Assembly (NCBI GenBank): GCA_050633305.1
Contig: JBOEGF010000014.1
Coordinates: 363,436 to 427,435, forward strand
DNA length: 64,000 bases
Reading direction: 5' to 3'
From: Nannocystales bacterium
GTDB lineage: Bacteria; Myxococcota_A; Polyangia; Nannocystales; Nannocystaceae
Position numbers and translations under genes: made by a program. Positions within the stretch are counted from its first letter, which is position 1. Each line of letters starts with the position of its first letter. A model generated the notes under the pieces. It saw only the letters and a program-made list of their open reading frames with translations. It did not search any database and was not told the origin of the DNA. Below, piece after piece: positions 50,289 through 61,731 of this stretch.

Positions 50289-50351
50289 CCGGATTCGCCA
50301 CGGTCCCGGCCCACCCGTGCGTGGTGCCTGTGCAACGACCCCGGGCGGGCC

Positions 50352-52044
<1,693 letters not shown>

Positions 52045-52655
52045 ACCCCCCAAGACGGACCGATCGCCAAACCGTTAGCCGCCCATTTCTCATTTTTGCG
52101 GCCATCGACCAGCCCGGTGACCAATGGCCGCGGTAGAATATCATCAGGGTTAGCCCGGGCTGTGAGGAGCGAGGGCCGGCGAGATGCTCCCGGACACCTT
52201 CGCCGTCGACTGGCGCTGGGCTGCACGAACGCGCTGGCGCGGCAGGCGGACTCCGGGGAGCGCTGTGTCTCGTGCTGTTGGAAGCCCCAGCTGTGGATAG
52301 CGTCCGCCAATACTTGAAATAGCCGCAACACATGGGGGGATAGGTCCCCGGGGCGCAGGAGGTCACTTGTCGTGCGGAGGAAAGCCTGGGGTTGCGCTCG
52401 CCGTGGTTCGACCGTTTGCGGCCAGGCTCGGCAGCAGCGGCGGTTCGGTGCGGTTCCTCGAAACCAGTGCCGAGGGCACCACCGCGTCGTTCGGGCTCGA
52501 GACTACCGATGTGATCCTCGTGCGGGGACCGTGCGATGTGGTCTCGAACCCCGAGAGGGCCCGTCTCGAGGGTCCCGGCTCGGCTGGCGCTTGCGCCGAG
52601 CGTTTGCATACTGAGCAAAGGCGACACGGCTTGTCGTCATCGGGACCAGAACACC

Positions 52656-53762
52656 ATGCACGATTCAACGGACGTTGCAGCACGAGATGAGGATCGAACG
52701 TGGGCTGGGAGTGACACGGTGCCACGCCATGGACGACGAACCCTCGACGCGAGGCCATGCGTCCTCGCGTCCCCGGATCCAGCGCGCTCGTCCACACGTT
52801 CGCCGCAAGACAGTCGCCCGCTGCTGAGCCCAACCCCACCGCGGGTTGGAACGGTCATCGACAAGCGATACGTACTCCTCGAACCGCTGGGGCGCGGGGC
52901 CTCGGGCTGGGTTTGGAAGGCCAAGCACAGGGTGATCGGCAAGCTGTGTGCCGTGAAAGTCTTGGCGCCGCACGAGGGCAGCTATGACAGCAAGTCGGTG
53001 GTTCGGATGCTTCGAGAGGCGACCGCCCTGTCCAAGGTGGAACACCCCGGCGTCGTCGAGGTGTCCGACTTTGGCCATACGGAGGAAGGCACTCCGTTCA
53101 TCGTCATGGAGCTGCTCGAGGGGCAAGACCTGCAGTCCACCCTTCGCGCGCGACGGCTGAGCACCGAGCAGGCCCTCGAGTGGGGCGTGCAACTGCTGCA
53201 GGCCGTCGCTGCGGCGCACGCCAAGGACATTGTCCATCGCGACATCAAGCCGGCGAACATCTTCGTGTCCGCAAAGGACAACCGACTCAAGCTCCTGGAC
53301 TTCGGGCTCGCCCGTCTCCACCAGCACGAGGGCTCCGATGCATCGGGGGAGTGGGATGGAAGACTCACGCCCGAAGGCGAACTCCTGGGAAGCCCTGCCA
53401 CGATGAGCCCCGAACAGCTGCGCGGCGCCGACCCTGATGCGCGCAGCGACATGTACAGCGTCGGCTGCGTGCTCTACGAGATGCTCGCTGGGCGCGCTCC
53501 GGTCCAGGGGAGGACGACCCAAGTTCTGTACCAGCACATGTACGAGGAGCCGCCGGAGCTGCGAGAGTTCGCGGCAGCGGACACGCCGGACGCTGTGCTC
53601 GAACTGGTCGAGGCGTGTCTGGCGAAAGAGCCTGAGCAACGACCGAGCAGTACGCAGGCGGCAGTGGATGCGGCACGGGACTGGCGGACCGATGCCGCGC
53701 CACAGCGGGGTGTCAGTCGGTTGTTGCGGGCGTGGCAACGCCTGCGTTCCGCGGCAAGCTGA
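52656..53762 (+). CDS. Soluble Ser/Thr protein kinase (K5)
   Basis: GRGASG, CAVK, HRDIKPAN, DFG, GSPATMSPE, SDMYSVG; no TM segment or sensor domain. Confidence 0.9.
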   Translation: MHDSTDVAARDEDRTWAGSDTVPRHGRRTLDARPCVLASPDPARSSTRSPQDSRPLLSPTPPRVGTVIDKRYVLLEPLGRGASGWVWKAKHRVIGKLCAVKVLAPHEGSYDSKSVVRMLREATALSKVEHPGVVEVSDFGHTEEGTPFIVMELLEGQDLQSTLRARRLSTEQALEWGVQLLQAVAAAHAKDIVHRDIKPANIFVSAKDNRLKLLDFGLARLHQHEGSDASGEWDGRLTPEGELLGSPATMSPEQLRGADPDARSDMYSVGCVLYEMLAGRAPVQGRTTQVLYQHMYEEPPELREFAAADTPDAVLELVEACLAKEPEQRPSSTQAAVDAARDWRTDAAPQRGVSRLLRAWQRLRSAAS

Positions 53763-53834
53763 CCGCCGGACCGGGCGCATGCGAGACCCACTTCGACGCG
53801 TTCCTGCTCACCGGGATGGCGCTATGCTCCTGGG

Positions 53835-54641
53835 GTGACCGAGACGTTCGACCTGGAGGTGTTCATCGCCTTTGCGCACGAGTTGGCCGACGCGGCGAAG
53901 CTCGAGACCTTGCCGCGGTTCCGTTCACCGCTCGCCGTGGACAACAAGGTCGCTGCCGACTTCGATCCTGTGACCGATGCGGACCGTGAAGCGGAGCGGG
54001 TGATTCGTGCTCTGATCGAAGACCGGTTCCCCGAGCACGGCATCCTCGGCGAGGAGCACGGCGAGCGGTTGCCTCAGGCCCACCGTCGTTGGGTGCTCGA
54101 CCCCGTGGACGGGACGCGCTCTTTCATCTGCGGTTCCCCAACCTGGACCACGCTCATCGCTCTCGAGGCGGATCGAGAGCCGTTGCTCGGTGTGATCGAT
54201 CAGCCCTACGTGGGCGAACGTTGGATCGGGACCGATGGACGAGCATGGCTGCATCGGCATGGCAGCGTGAAGGTGATTCGTACGAGCAGCTGCCGATCTT
54301 TGGCGGACGCGCGAATCTCGACGACCGATCCCCGTGCGGCCGGCTACTTCGATGAGGACCAGGCCGCCCTCTTTGCGCGCATCGCCGCGGCAAGCAAGCT
54401 CGCTCGTTTCAGCATGGATGCCTACGCATACGCCTTGCTCGCCAGCGGAGAACTCGACCTGGTGATCGAGTCCGGTCTCCAGCACTACGACTACGCCGCA
54501 CTCGCGCCCGTGGTTCGAGGCGCGGGCGGGGTGATCACGGGGTGGGGTGGAAAGGCTTTCGACGCGGCCGGTGGTGGGCACACCGTCGCGGCCGCAACAC
54601 CCGAACTGCATGCGGCTGCCCTGGAGTACCTCAACGGCTAG
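53835..54641 (+). CDS. hisN: Histidinol-phosphatase, inositol monophosphatase family
   Basis: FDPVTDADREAE, GILGEE, WVLDPVDGTRSF, DAYAYALLASG, YDYAAL. Confidence 0.85.
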   Translation: MTETFDLEVFIAFAHELADAAKLETLPRFRSPLAVDNKVAADFDPVTDADREAERVIRALIEDRFPEHGILGEEHGERLPQAHRRWVLDPVDGTRSFICGSPTWTTLIALEADREPLLGVIDQPYVGERWIGTDGRAWLHRHGSVKVIRTSSCRSLADARISTTDPRAAGYFDEDQAALFARIAAASKLARFSMDAYAYALLASGELDLVIESGLQHYDYAALAPVVRGAGGVITGWGGKAFDAAGGGHTVAAATPELHAAALEYLNG

Positions 54642-55420
54642 GTGCTGCGATCAGCGGGGTCCTGCTGGTAGAACCCTCTCAGGACTTCGTACAGCTCGGA
54701 GTGCTTGCGCTGCATCGTCTTGCCCTGTTCGAAGAACTGCTCGGTCGCGACGGCGAAGAACTCGGCAGGGTTCGTCCCCGCGTACGCGTCGAGGAACGTC
54801 TTTCGCTTGCGGTCGAGCCCTTCGTGCAAGACCTCCCACTCCCTCTGGAAGACCGTGATCCACCGATCGTAGACATCTTGGTCGTGGATGCACGGCACGC
54901 CATCAGCACCGCCCGAGAGCATGTCGAGCTTGTGGGCGAACTCGTGGAAGACGACGTTGTGGCCGTCGTTCGCGTCCCTGCCCCCGCGCAACACAGCGTC
55001 CCAAACCAGGATCAAGGGTCCATTCTTGAATGCTTGGCCAAGGATGGGCATGCCTTGGTCGGCCATCTCCGAGGACACTTCGAACATCCCGGGCTTTCGC
55101 GCTGGTGTCCGGACGGCCGAGGGATAGACGAGGATCGACTCCACGCTTCGATACAAGTCGTGTGGCAGCTCGAGCACCAGGAGACACGCTTGCCCTGCGA
55201 TGGTGACCCGGACCTCGTCGTTCATCTCGAGCCCGCCCAGGCCCTCCCAGTTCTTTTCGGCGACAAACACCTGGACGAGCTGCTTGAGGTTCGCCTGTTC
55301 TTCGGGGCTCAACGACCGCCACACGGCCATGTTGCTCTCCAGGATGTCCGACCAAGCCTCATCGAAGGGGTTGGCGAGGATCTTGTCGCGGCGACGCTGT
55401 CGGAGCCAGTCGAAGAGCAC
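54638..55420 (-). CDS. Zinc metallopeptidase, M90 (MtfA) family
   Basis: IAGQAC, ILVYP, LGQA, NVVFHEFAHKLD, YAGTNPAEFFAVATEQFFE. Confidence 0.92.
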   Translation of the reverse strand: MLFDWLRQRRRDKILANPFDEAWSDILESNMAVWRSLSPEEQANLKQLVQVFVAEKNWEGLGGLEMNDEVRVTIAGQACLLVLELPHDLYRSVESILVYPSAVRTPARKPGMFEVSSEMADQGMPILGQAFKNGPLILVWDAVLRGGRDANDGHNVVFHEFAHKLDMLSGGADGVPCIHDQDVYDRWITVFQREWEVLHEGLDRKRKTFLDAYAGTNPAEFFAVATEQFFEQGKTMQRKHSELYEVLRGFYQQDPADRST

Positions 55421-55453
55421 GAGCGAACTGTACCTTCGTATGTTCGCGCGTGC

Positions 55454-55900
55454 TCAGTCTCCGCAATCGCCTTCGGGAACACGCCACGGTGTGTTCGGGT
55501 CGGGAAGGCAGGCGTCGAGGTCGCTGCAGTTCCCGACGCAGCCTCGACAGCCCTCGAACGTCGCGAGGTCGGCATCGCTGGCATCGACGGACTCGAGAGC
55601 CTCCACGCAGCGCGCGAGGACCACCGCTCGCCGGTCCTCGGGAAGGTCGGTGCCGCTGACCGCCTCGACCGAGCTATCTTCGGTCTCCTCGCAGTAGCCC
55701 AGGATGTAGTCCTCGCAGGCCTGCACGTAGCGCGGGTCCTGGGGCGTTCCCGCGGGCTGTGGCCGCTCCGCGATCGCGGGGGATTTTGAGGCTATCGCAG
55801 GCGGCGTCGATGCGGCCGAGCTCGGCGGCGGAGCGGCGTCCGCCCTTGTACGGCATGCGGCCAGGGCGACAAGGACAGTGAGCGCGGCCACTCTGAGCAT
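55454..55900 (-). CDS. Small Cys-containing lipoprotein
   Basis: MLRVAALTVLVALAAC; Pro-rich linker; Cys cluster; TATACT box 6 nt upstream. Confidence 0.7.
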   Translation of the reverse strand: MLRVAALTVLVALAACRTRADAAPPPSSAASTPPAIASKSPAIAERPQPAGTPQDPRYVQACEDYILGYCEETEDSSVEAVSGTDLPEDRRAVVLARCVEALESVDASDADLATFEGCRGCVGNCSDLDACLPDPNTPWRVPEGDCGD

Positions 55901-56003
55901 GCGGGGAGTATACGGGCTCGGCCGTGGCGCGGCGCTCTCGGAGGGACCCAGCCGCTGCATCGGTTCGGACTCAAGTCGCTGCGTCGTTCACCTCGGCTGT
56001 TCG

Positions 56004-56564
56004 TTACAGCACGCGGATTTCCAACGCATCCGCTCGAAATGCAAGATTAGCGGCAAGCTGCGCTTGAGTCTGGGGGGCCCTAAAGGGCGGGGGGGCCCCA
56101 ACGGCGCGGTTGGGGTCCCAAAACCGGTCAACTCCGGTTTGAACAACAAAATGCCCCGAAATGCCGACGCTGAACTCGCGCAGCAGGAAAAAATGCTGGT
56201 TGTTCCAATACCCCGCGTTGGTTGGATTTACGGGGGACCTGTGCTGTCGTCCGCCGGTTGCCTTGTTGACCAGACCGCCCCAGTGGGGTCTTGTATCCCG
56301 CACCTTGACTTCTTCCACATCAAGCAAGCCCTGAGCGTTGTTGCGGATCCTATCAGCGATCTTGGCCGATATGCTGCCTAGTCTGTGAACGCCAGGAACT
56401 ACAAGGCCGATATACTCTTGGTCACCCATTCGAGGGCGGGCGCCTATGGCTGGTCTTACTCCTGCTGCATAGTTGACAATCGACGCGACGCAGCAAGAAC
56501 CGCAGTTCGGCAAGTGCCGTTGTTGCTGGATCCACGCGGCTCGGAAGTTGGCTTCGTCGATCAT
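56004..56564 (-). CDS. Orphan papain-fold / peptidase C39-like protein, atypically low GC
   Basis: QQQRHLPNCG, GHFVV, FWDP motifs; about 55-57% GC in sampled lines; many A/T-ending codons. Confidence 0.6.
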   Translation of the reverse strand: MIDEANFRAAWIQQQRHLPNCGSCCVASIVNYAAGVRPAIGARPRMGDQEYIGLVVPGVHRLGSISAKIADRIRNNAQGLLDVEEVKVRDTRPHWGGLVNKATGGRQHRSPVNPTNAGYWNNQHFFLLREFSVGISGHFVVQTGVDRFWDPNRAVGAPPPFRAPQTQAQLAANLAFRADALEIRVL

Positions 56565-56867
56565 GATGGGATTCCGTCCCCGTCCCCTAGGGCATTGAGA
56601 CACCCCAAGAGTGGATGCCGTGCCGGTGTCGGGTCAGCTGGAGACTGGTCTTGACCTGGCATTCGGTGGGTAGTGATGGCCGAGGTTGATCGGATTGCGA
56701 CGAGCCGAAGAATCCTCGGGCCGCCGGGCCGTCTGTTTGGGATCGACACTGCTGACTTTGCGTCCTCGTTCCCAAGAGGCCCGACTTCGGGCAGGCGGAC
56801 TCGGTGGAACCGGCCGTCGTGGAGGTGCTACCCGACTCACGGAAACCATTGTTGATACGGTGCGCGC

Positions 56868-57896
56868 GTGCGCCGGATCCCGACCTCCACGCTGGACGGC
56901 TTTGTCTCACCCATCACGATGGCCGCTGCACTCGTCGTCGCTCTCTCGCCCGGCTGTACGGAAACGAAATCGCGGCTCGAAGTGATTTCGGACCAGGCCG
57001 AGGAGAGGGCGGCCGTTGAGATGTCGCAGGACCAGGCATCGTTGCTGCAGCTGCCGGCCAGCTCGACCCCTCCGCAAGGGATGCCGTCTGGTGTCTGGAC
57101 CGACCTGCATTGGCTCCCCCCCACCGTGGTCGGAGTCAATGGAACGCCGCCGGGAGAACAACCACTACTTGCCCGTTGGGTGTTCTCGCAGTCATTCGCC
57201 GATCACGAAAGCTGCCAAGAGGTCGAGAGGGGACTGGTCGGCGGGTATGGTGTCGAATGGGAGAAGCCGCCGCAGAGCTTCGTGTTCTTTGGAACGGCAG
57301 CGTTCAAACAGATCGAGACCTGTGCGATCGCGTTCATGCGAGGACTGGGCGGTTCGGCTCGCATGCAAGGCCAGGCGCTCCACCTCGTGATGGACGGTGT
57401 TGAGAGCAAGGTTGTCTTCGCACGGCGGGGTGATCAACTCGTCGCTGTCGTCGACGACGGAAGAATGGGAGCCGTGGGCGATGCATATCCGGGCCGGCTG
57501 AAGAAGAACGCGGCTTTGGTCGAACTGCTCGAAGGTCTCGACCCGACCGAAAGTGTATGGGCTGTATCAACGCTCGACATGACTCGTGTGCCGTTGGGTG
57601 TGCCAAGCCGCGGCTACGTGATGCATGCAACCTCTCCGGGGCAACTGAAGATCCGTTTCGTGTTCGGCTCGATCGATGAAGCGAAGCGCGCGTATGCGGC
57701 GACGGGTCCCTTCTTCGAGGAACTCGAGACCTTTCTCGGGGCCTCCCTCCACCCCACAGCGGCGCTGTCCGAGAACGGCCTGCTGGCCACCGCTGACTTG
57801 ACGGTGCTCGATGCTCTTGGACCAGAGAAGTCGGAGGCCCTCCGGCAGAAGACGGAGGACTTCGCAGCCGGCCGCCGCCAACCGCCGGACCTCTGA
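56868..57896 (+). CDS. Hypothetical lipoprotein
   Basis: Lipobox SPGC; TGA-TACGGT box 6 nt before GTG. Confidence 0.7.
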   Translation: MRRIPTSTLDGFVSPITMAAALVVALSPGCTETKSRLEVISDQAEERAAVEMSQDQASLLQLPASSTPPQGMPSGVWTDLHWLPPTVVGVNGTPPGEQPLLARWVFSQSFADHESCQEVERGLVGGYGVEWEKPPQSFVFFGTAAFKQIETCAIAFMRGLGGSARMQGQALHLVMDGVESKVVFARRGDQLVAVVDDGRMGAVGDAYPGRLKKNAALVELLEGLDPTESVWAVSTLDMTRVPLGVPSRGYVMHATSPGQLKIRFVFGSIDEAKRAYAATGPFFEELETFLGASLHPTAALSENGLLATADLTVLDALGPEKSEALRQKTEDFAAGRRQPPDL

Positions 57897-58300
57897 GCGC
57901 TGTGTGTCTCCGAAGTGGCGCTACCGCCGAGGCCGAGGAGCAGTGAAAGCGTAGAGCAGGACGAACGTCGGGCGGAGTCGAGTTCGCCGTTTCTTCATTT
58001 TGTCCTCCCTGCGTCTCCGCACCCTCAAGTTCTCGTTGGATTCGACAATGCTAGGGGCGTCCCTTGATTCGGGTTGTATGCAGAACGCCGTCAGCGGACG
58101 GCAGTGCAAGGCGCGAGGAGCGAGCTTGTCGGGCACAAGCGGCCGACGAGGCGGCAACCCCGCGAACTCCGGTTCCGCCGAGGACACCCTCGAACTCCGG
58201 TCGCTGCCCCGCGGCGGGTCCGACCGCCCACCGTTTGGCCCCGTCGCTCCGAGCCTCACAAGCCTCAGACCCAATACGAGGCTCGGCCGTACTGCGTCGC

Positions 58301-58975
58301 ATGTATTACGCCTCCGTCGTTTGGACGTGTCGCCGCGGTTGCTTGGCGGCCACCGTTCTCGCCCTTTCCGTCGGCGCTTGCTCAACCGGTGCTGCTGCCA
58401 GAGCCCACACCACGGAGCACTCGGCCCACAGGGAGGCCGAGACGTTCGGGGCCCAGGACACTGACGACTCGATTTCCAGTTCGGCATCCGAGGAACCGTG
58501 GTCCGCGCGTACCCGGGAAAGCGCTGGCGCCGTGCCGCCGGAGTCTACCCCGCTCACACCACAGGTTCCCCCTTCGGTCCGCGAGATCGCAGCGACAAGT
58601 CGTACCTCAGTCACGAGCGCGAGCATGGAGGGGATGTTGACGGAGGTGCGGGTGCCTCTGCGGAAGACCTGCCCCGCGGGCGCACAAGATTTCGGCGTCG
58701 CCGCGGCAGCCGTCGAGGGGGATACGCTAACCGTCGTGACCTGGGTCCATTCCGGTGGCTGCAACAAGCACAAGATCGGCGTGTGCTGGGAGGGTGGGAC
58801 CTCGGGTGCCTCTCCTCCAGAGGTCTCGATCAAGCTCCTGCATGAGGACGGCAACGACTCGTGTAAGGCCCTGGTGAACGAGAAGGTGACGGTTGATCTG
58901 ACTCGGGTGCGAGCGCAGGTCGGAGCGGCGACCCTTCGTGTCGGTGGCGAAACGATCGCCTACACGCCGTCGTAG
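58301..58975 (+). CDS. Lipoprotein with NigD-C-like domain
   Basis: Lipobox VGAC; Ser/Thr linker; SGGCNKH...SPPEV..KLLHE.GND.CKAL motif. Confidence 0.65.
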   Translation: MYYASVVWTCRRGCLAATVLALSVGACSTGAAARAHTTEHSAHREAETFGAQDTDDSISSSASEEPWSARTRESAGAVPPESTPLTPQVPPSVREIAATSRTSVTSASMEGMLTEVRVPLRKTCPAGAQDFGVAAAAVEGDTLTVVTWVHSGGCNKHKIGVCWEGGTSGASPPEVSIKLLHEDGNDSCKALVNEKVTVDLTRVRAQVGAATLRVGGETIAYTPS

Positions 58976-58995
58976 TGGTGTCGTCGTCGGTTTGG

Positions 58996-59023
58996 TTGCT
59001 TGCGTTAGACCGATCGGTATAAT
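58996..59023 (+). promoter_or_regulatory. Sigma70 promoter of gst overlapped by NemR-like TetR operator
   Basis: -35 TTGCTT (58996-59001), 16-nt spacer, -10 TATAAT (59018-59023); palindrome TAGACCGATCGGTATA (59006-59021). Confidence 0.8.
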
Positions 59024-59032
59024 GCGGTCGTC

Positions 59033-59656
59033 GTGACTACCACACTCAAGCTGCACCGTTTCACGTTGTCGGGCCACAGCCATCGAGCGGAGCTGATGCT
59101 CTCGATGCTTCAGCTCGACTACGAGGCCATCGACGTCGACTTCCTCGGCGGCGCCCACAAGCAGCCGGCGTTCATCGACAAGAACGTGTTTGCTGAAGTC
59201 CCGGTCCTCGAGGACGGTGAAGTCGTCATTCCGGACTCCAACGCCATCCTGGTCTATCTAGCGGCCGCGTACGATCCCGACCGGACTTGGCTTCCGACGG
59301 ACCCGGTCCGCGCGGCGGCGGTCCAGCGATTCCTCTCGGCGGCGGCGGGTCCGATCGCGTCCGGTCCCGCAACTGCACGCTTGGTGACGGTGTTCGGCGC
59401 CCCGCTCGACCACGAAGCTGCCATGGACCGCGCCAATCGGTTTCTCGTCCCGTTTGACGCTCTGCTTGCAAATCGGGACTACCTGGTGGGGGAACCGACG
59501 ATCGCCGACGTTGCTTGCTACTCCTACCTCGCCCATGCCCCCGAGGGGGGGGTCTCGCTGGAGCCGTACGCGAACGTGCAGGCGTGGTTGCGTCGCATCG
59601 AGGGCTGGCGCCACTTCGTTCCGATGCCCAAGTCGGCGGCGGGCCTTCGTGCCTGA
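59033..59656 (+). CDS. gst: Glutathione S-transferase
   Basis: LSGHSHRAELML, EVPVLED, DSNAILVYLA, PTIADVACYSY..HAPEG. Confidence 0.95.
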   Translation: MTTTLKLHRFTLSGHSHRAELMLSMLQLDYEAIDVDFLGGAHKQPAFIDKNVFAEVPVLEDGEVVIPDSNAILVYLAAAYDPDRTWLPTDPVRAAAVQRFLSAAAGPIASGPATARLVTVFGAPLDHEAAMDRANRFLVPFDALLANRDYLVGEPTIADVACYSYLAHAPEGGVSLEPYANVQAWLRRIEGWRHFVPMPKSAAGLRA

Positions 59657-59709
59657 GGCGTGAGGGCATGAAGGCTTCGCGTACCGGGATGTTATGATCT
59701 CGTGCTCGC

Positions 59710-60270
59710 ATGCCCGCGCCGCGCATCTCCAAGGAGACCGTTCTCGAACGGATCACGCTCTCGTTTCGGACGCACGGCTACCACGGCACGAGCCTTCAGG
59801 ACCTGTGTGAGGCCACTGGGCTGCCCAAGGCGAGCCTGTACAACTACTTCTCGGGTGGGAAGGCGGCGATGGCTCGAGCGGCCCTCGACAGCGTCGCAGC
59901 ATGGTTGTCCGAACGCATCATTGTGCCGCTCTCCGAGCCGGGCGACCCACGTGCCCGGTTGGCATCGATGTGCACGGAGCTCGCTCGCTTCTACGACAAA
60001 GGCCGGATGGGCTGCCTCATCGACCTCTTTGGGATCGGCGCCGAGGAGGCGGGCGTCGGCGAGGCGCTGCGGGACGCCGTTGCCAAGTGGCACGCAGCAA
60101 TCGTCAGGCCCCTGCAGGATGCCGGGTTCAGCAAACGCGAGGCCTGGGATCGGGGGGAGCTGGCGGTGGTGCGAATCCAGGGCGCGCTGGTGCTCGCCCG
60201 GGCCAGCGGTGACCCCAAGCTCTTCATGCGCCACCTTCGGCGGCTTCCCGACGACCTGCTGGCGCCGTAG
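59710..60270 (+). CDS. TetR/AcrR family regulator (NemR/LmrA-YxaF-like)
   Basis: FRTHGYHGTSLQDL..ATGLPKASLYNYF HTH; MGCLI Cys motif; IQGALVLAR. Confidence 0.92.
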   Translation: MPAPRISKETVLERITLSFRTHGYHGTSLQDLCEATGLPKASLYNYFSGGKAAMARAALDSVAAWLSERIIVPLSEPGDPRARLASMCTELARFYDKGRMGCLIDLFGIGAEEAGVGEALRDAVAKWHAAIVRPLQDAGFSKREAWDRGELAVVRIQGALVLARASGDPKLFMRHLRRLPDDLLAP

Positions 60271-60327
60271 TCGACACGACGGGCGCCGCTCACGACAACG
60301 CGCCGGGCGAGCGGGGCCGCAAACCTG

Positions 60328-61731
60328 TCACGCAGGCGGGGTGATGTTGAGCGCGAAGTTACCCGTCTCGTCACCACTTCCGCCCACGCCGATCAGCACG
60401 GGAATCCCCTCGGTCAGCTCGACCTCGACCTGAGAGATGCCGTCGGGGAGCGCATCGTCGTTACACGCTTCGGTGTAGGCGACATGGCAACCCTCATACA
60501 CGGCCAGGACCGTGTTGAAGTCCGAGCCTGCGGTATCGATGGTGTGGGTGCCAGTCGCCGTGGGCATGAACCGAACGAGGTGTTCCGGGCCGTCCGCTGC
60601 GCAGGGATGGACAATATCGTTGTCGGCAGCCGAGGTGTCTCCAGTGGCGACGTCGTCCCCGGTCGCCGTGTCGATATCCTCGTCTGCACAGGTCAGGGAC
60701 GGGATGACATTGATGACGAACTCGCCTGTCGCGCCACTGGACCCCTCGACCGCGAGAAGCACGGATTCGTTCATCGCCACCGTCACGGTGAGCTGCGAGA
60801 GGTCACTCCCGGCGAACCCGTCGTCATCGCAAGCGAGCTCGGACGCGCTGTCGCAGTCGCTGAATACCGCGAGCGCGGTGTTGTAGTCCGAACCGTCCGT
60901 GTCGAACGTGTACTCGTCGTCGGCGAGCGAGACCCATGCGAACAGATGCTCTGCTCCCCCGCCGCCGCCACAGGAGATGACGACGTCGTTGTCTTCTTTT
61001 GCCGTGCTTCCAGTGAGGATGGCGTTGCCAATCGCCGGTCCCGTGCCGAAATCCAGGCTACACACGGGTGCATCGCAAGCAGAGGTATCGAACGCGCTGC
61101 AGTCATCGCCGCAGGCCAAGAGGCCGCTCAGATAGCCCACGGAGACGCAGTCTTGATCGGCGAGGTTCTTTCCATCGCAGGCTTCGTCGCCTTCGAGGTC
61201 GCCGTTCCCACAGACCTGCATGAAACAGCCGGTGGTGTCGTAGTCGCTGCAGTCGTCCGCGCAGGCGAGGTCCCCGCCATCGAACCCCTGACTTGCGCAG
61301 TCTTCATCGCCGAGGTCTGCTCCATCGCACGTGTCCTTGCCGTCGATGGCTCCGTCGCCACATGTCATCGTGGTGCACCCGGAGGTGTCGTAGCTTCCGC
61401 AGTCGGCAGCGCAGGCGAGGTCACCACCGTCGAAGCCTTGGCTCGCGCAGTCTTCACCGCCGAGCTCGATACCATCACAGACCTCGTCCGCTCCGAGCAT
61501 GTCGTCGCCGCAGCTCGGCGTGTCGGTGTCTCCTTGGGTTGTCTCGCTTCCCGTGGCTGGACCTGTGCTGCTCGAGTCCTCCACCGCTCCCGTCGAGACC
61601 TCCTCCGAGGTCGTCGAAGGGTCTTGCGTCCCGGTTGAGGTCGACGCGTCGCTCACCTCGCCGGTGCTGTCGTCGCCGCAGCCAAGCGACAAACTCGTGA
61701 TCAATCCCAAGTAAACTCCAATCCGATCCAT
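60328..61731 (-). CDS. Cys-rich lipoprotein: three CGDG..CDG repeats plus two PPC-like beta domains
   Basis: Lipobox SLGC; Thr-rich linker; repeats CGD...CDG.DLG.EDCASQGFDGGDLAC; duplicated YT.DT.GSD.NT.LAV...AC.DD domain. Confidence 0.85.
   Translation of the reverse strand: MDRIGVYLGLITSLSLGCGDDSTGEVSDASTSTGTQDPSTTSEEVSTGAVEDSSSTGPATGSETTQGDTDTPSCGDDMLGADEVCDGIELGGEDCASQGFDGGDLACAADCGSYDTSGCTTMTCGDGAIDGKDTCDGADLGDEDCASQGFDGGDLACADDCSDYDTTGCFMQVCGNGDLEGDEACDGKNLADQDCVSVGYLSGLLACGDDCSAFDTSACDAPVCSLDFGTGPAIGNAILTGSTAKEDNDVVISCGGGGGAEHLFAWVSLADDEYTFDTDGSDYNTALAVFSDCDSASELACDDDGFAGSDLSQLTVTVAMNESVLLAVEGSSGATGEFVINVIPSLTCADEDIDTATGDDVATGDTSAADNDIVHPCAADGPEHLVRFMPTATGTHTIDTAGSDFNTVLAVYEGCHVAYTEACNDDALPDGISQVEVELTEGIPVLIGVGGSGDETGNFALNITPPA

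Noticed and set aside
52292..52300. DnaA-box-like TGTGGATAG
   Set aside because: Single mismatched copy; no box cluster, AT-rich unwinding element or dnaA/dnaN context.
52583..52608. Possible sigma54 promoter before kinase K5
   Set aside because: The GG-N10-GC spacing is not satisfied (CG at the -24 position).
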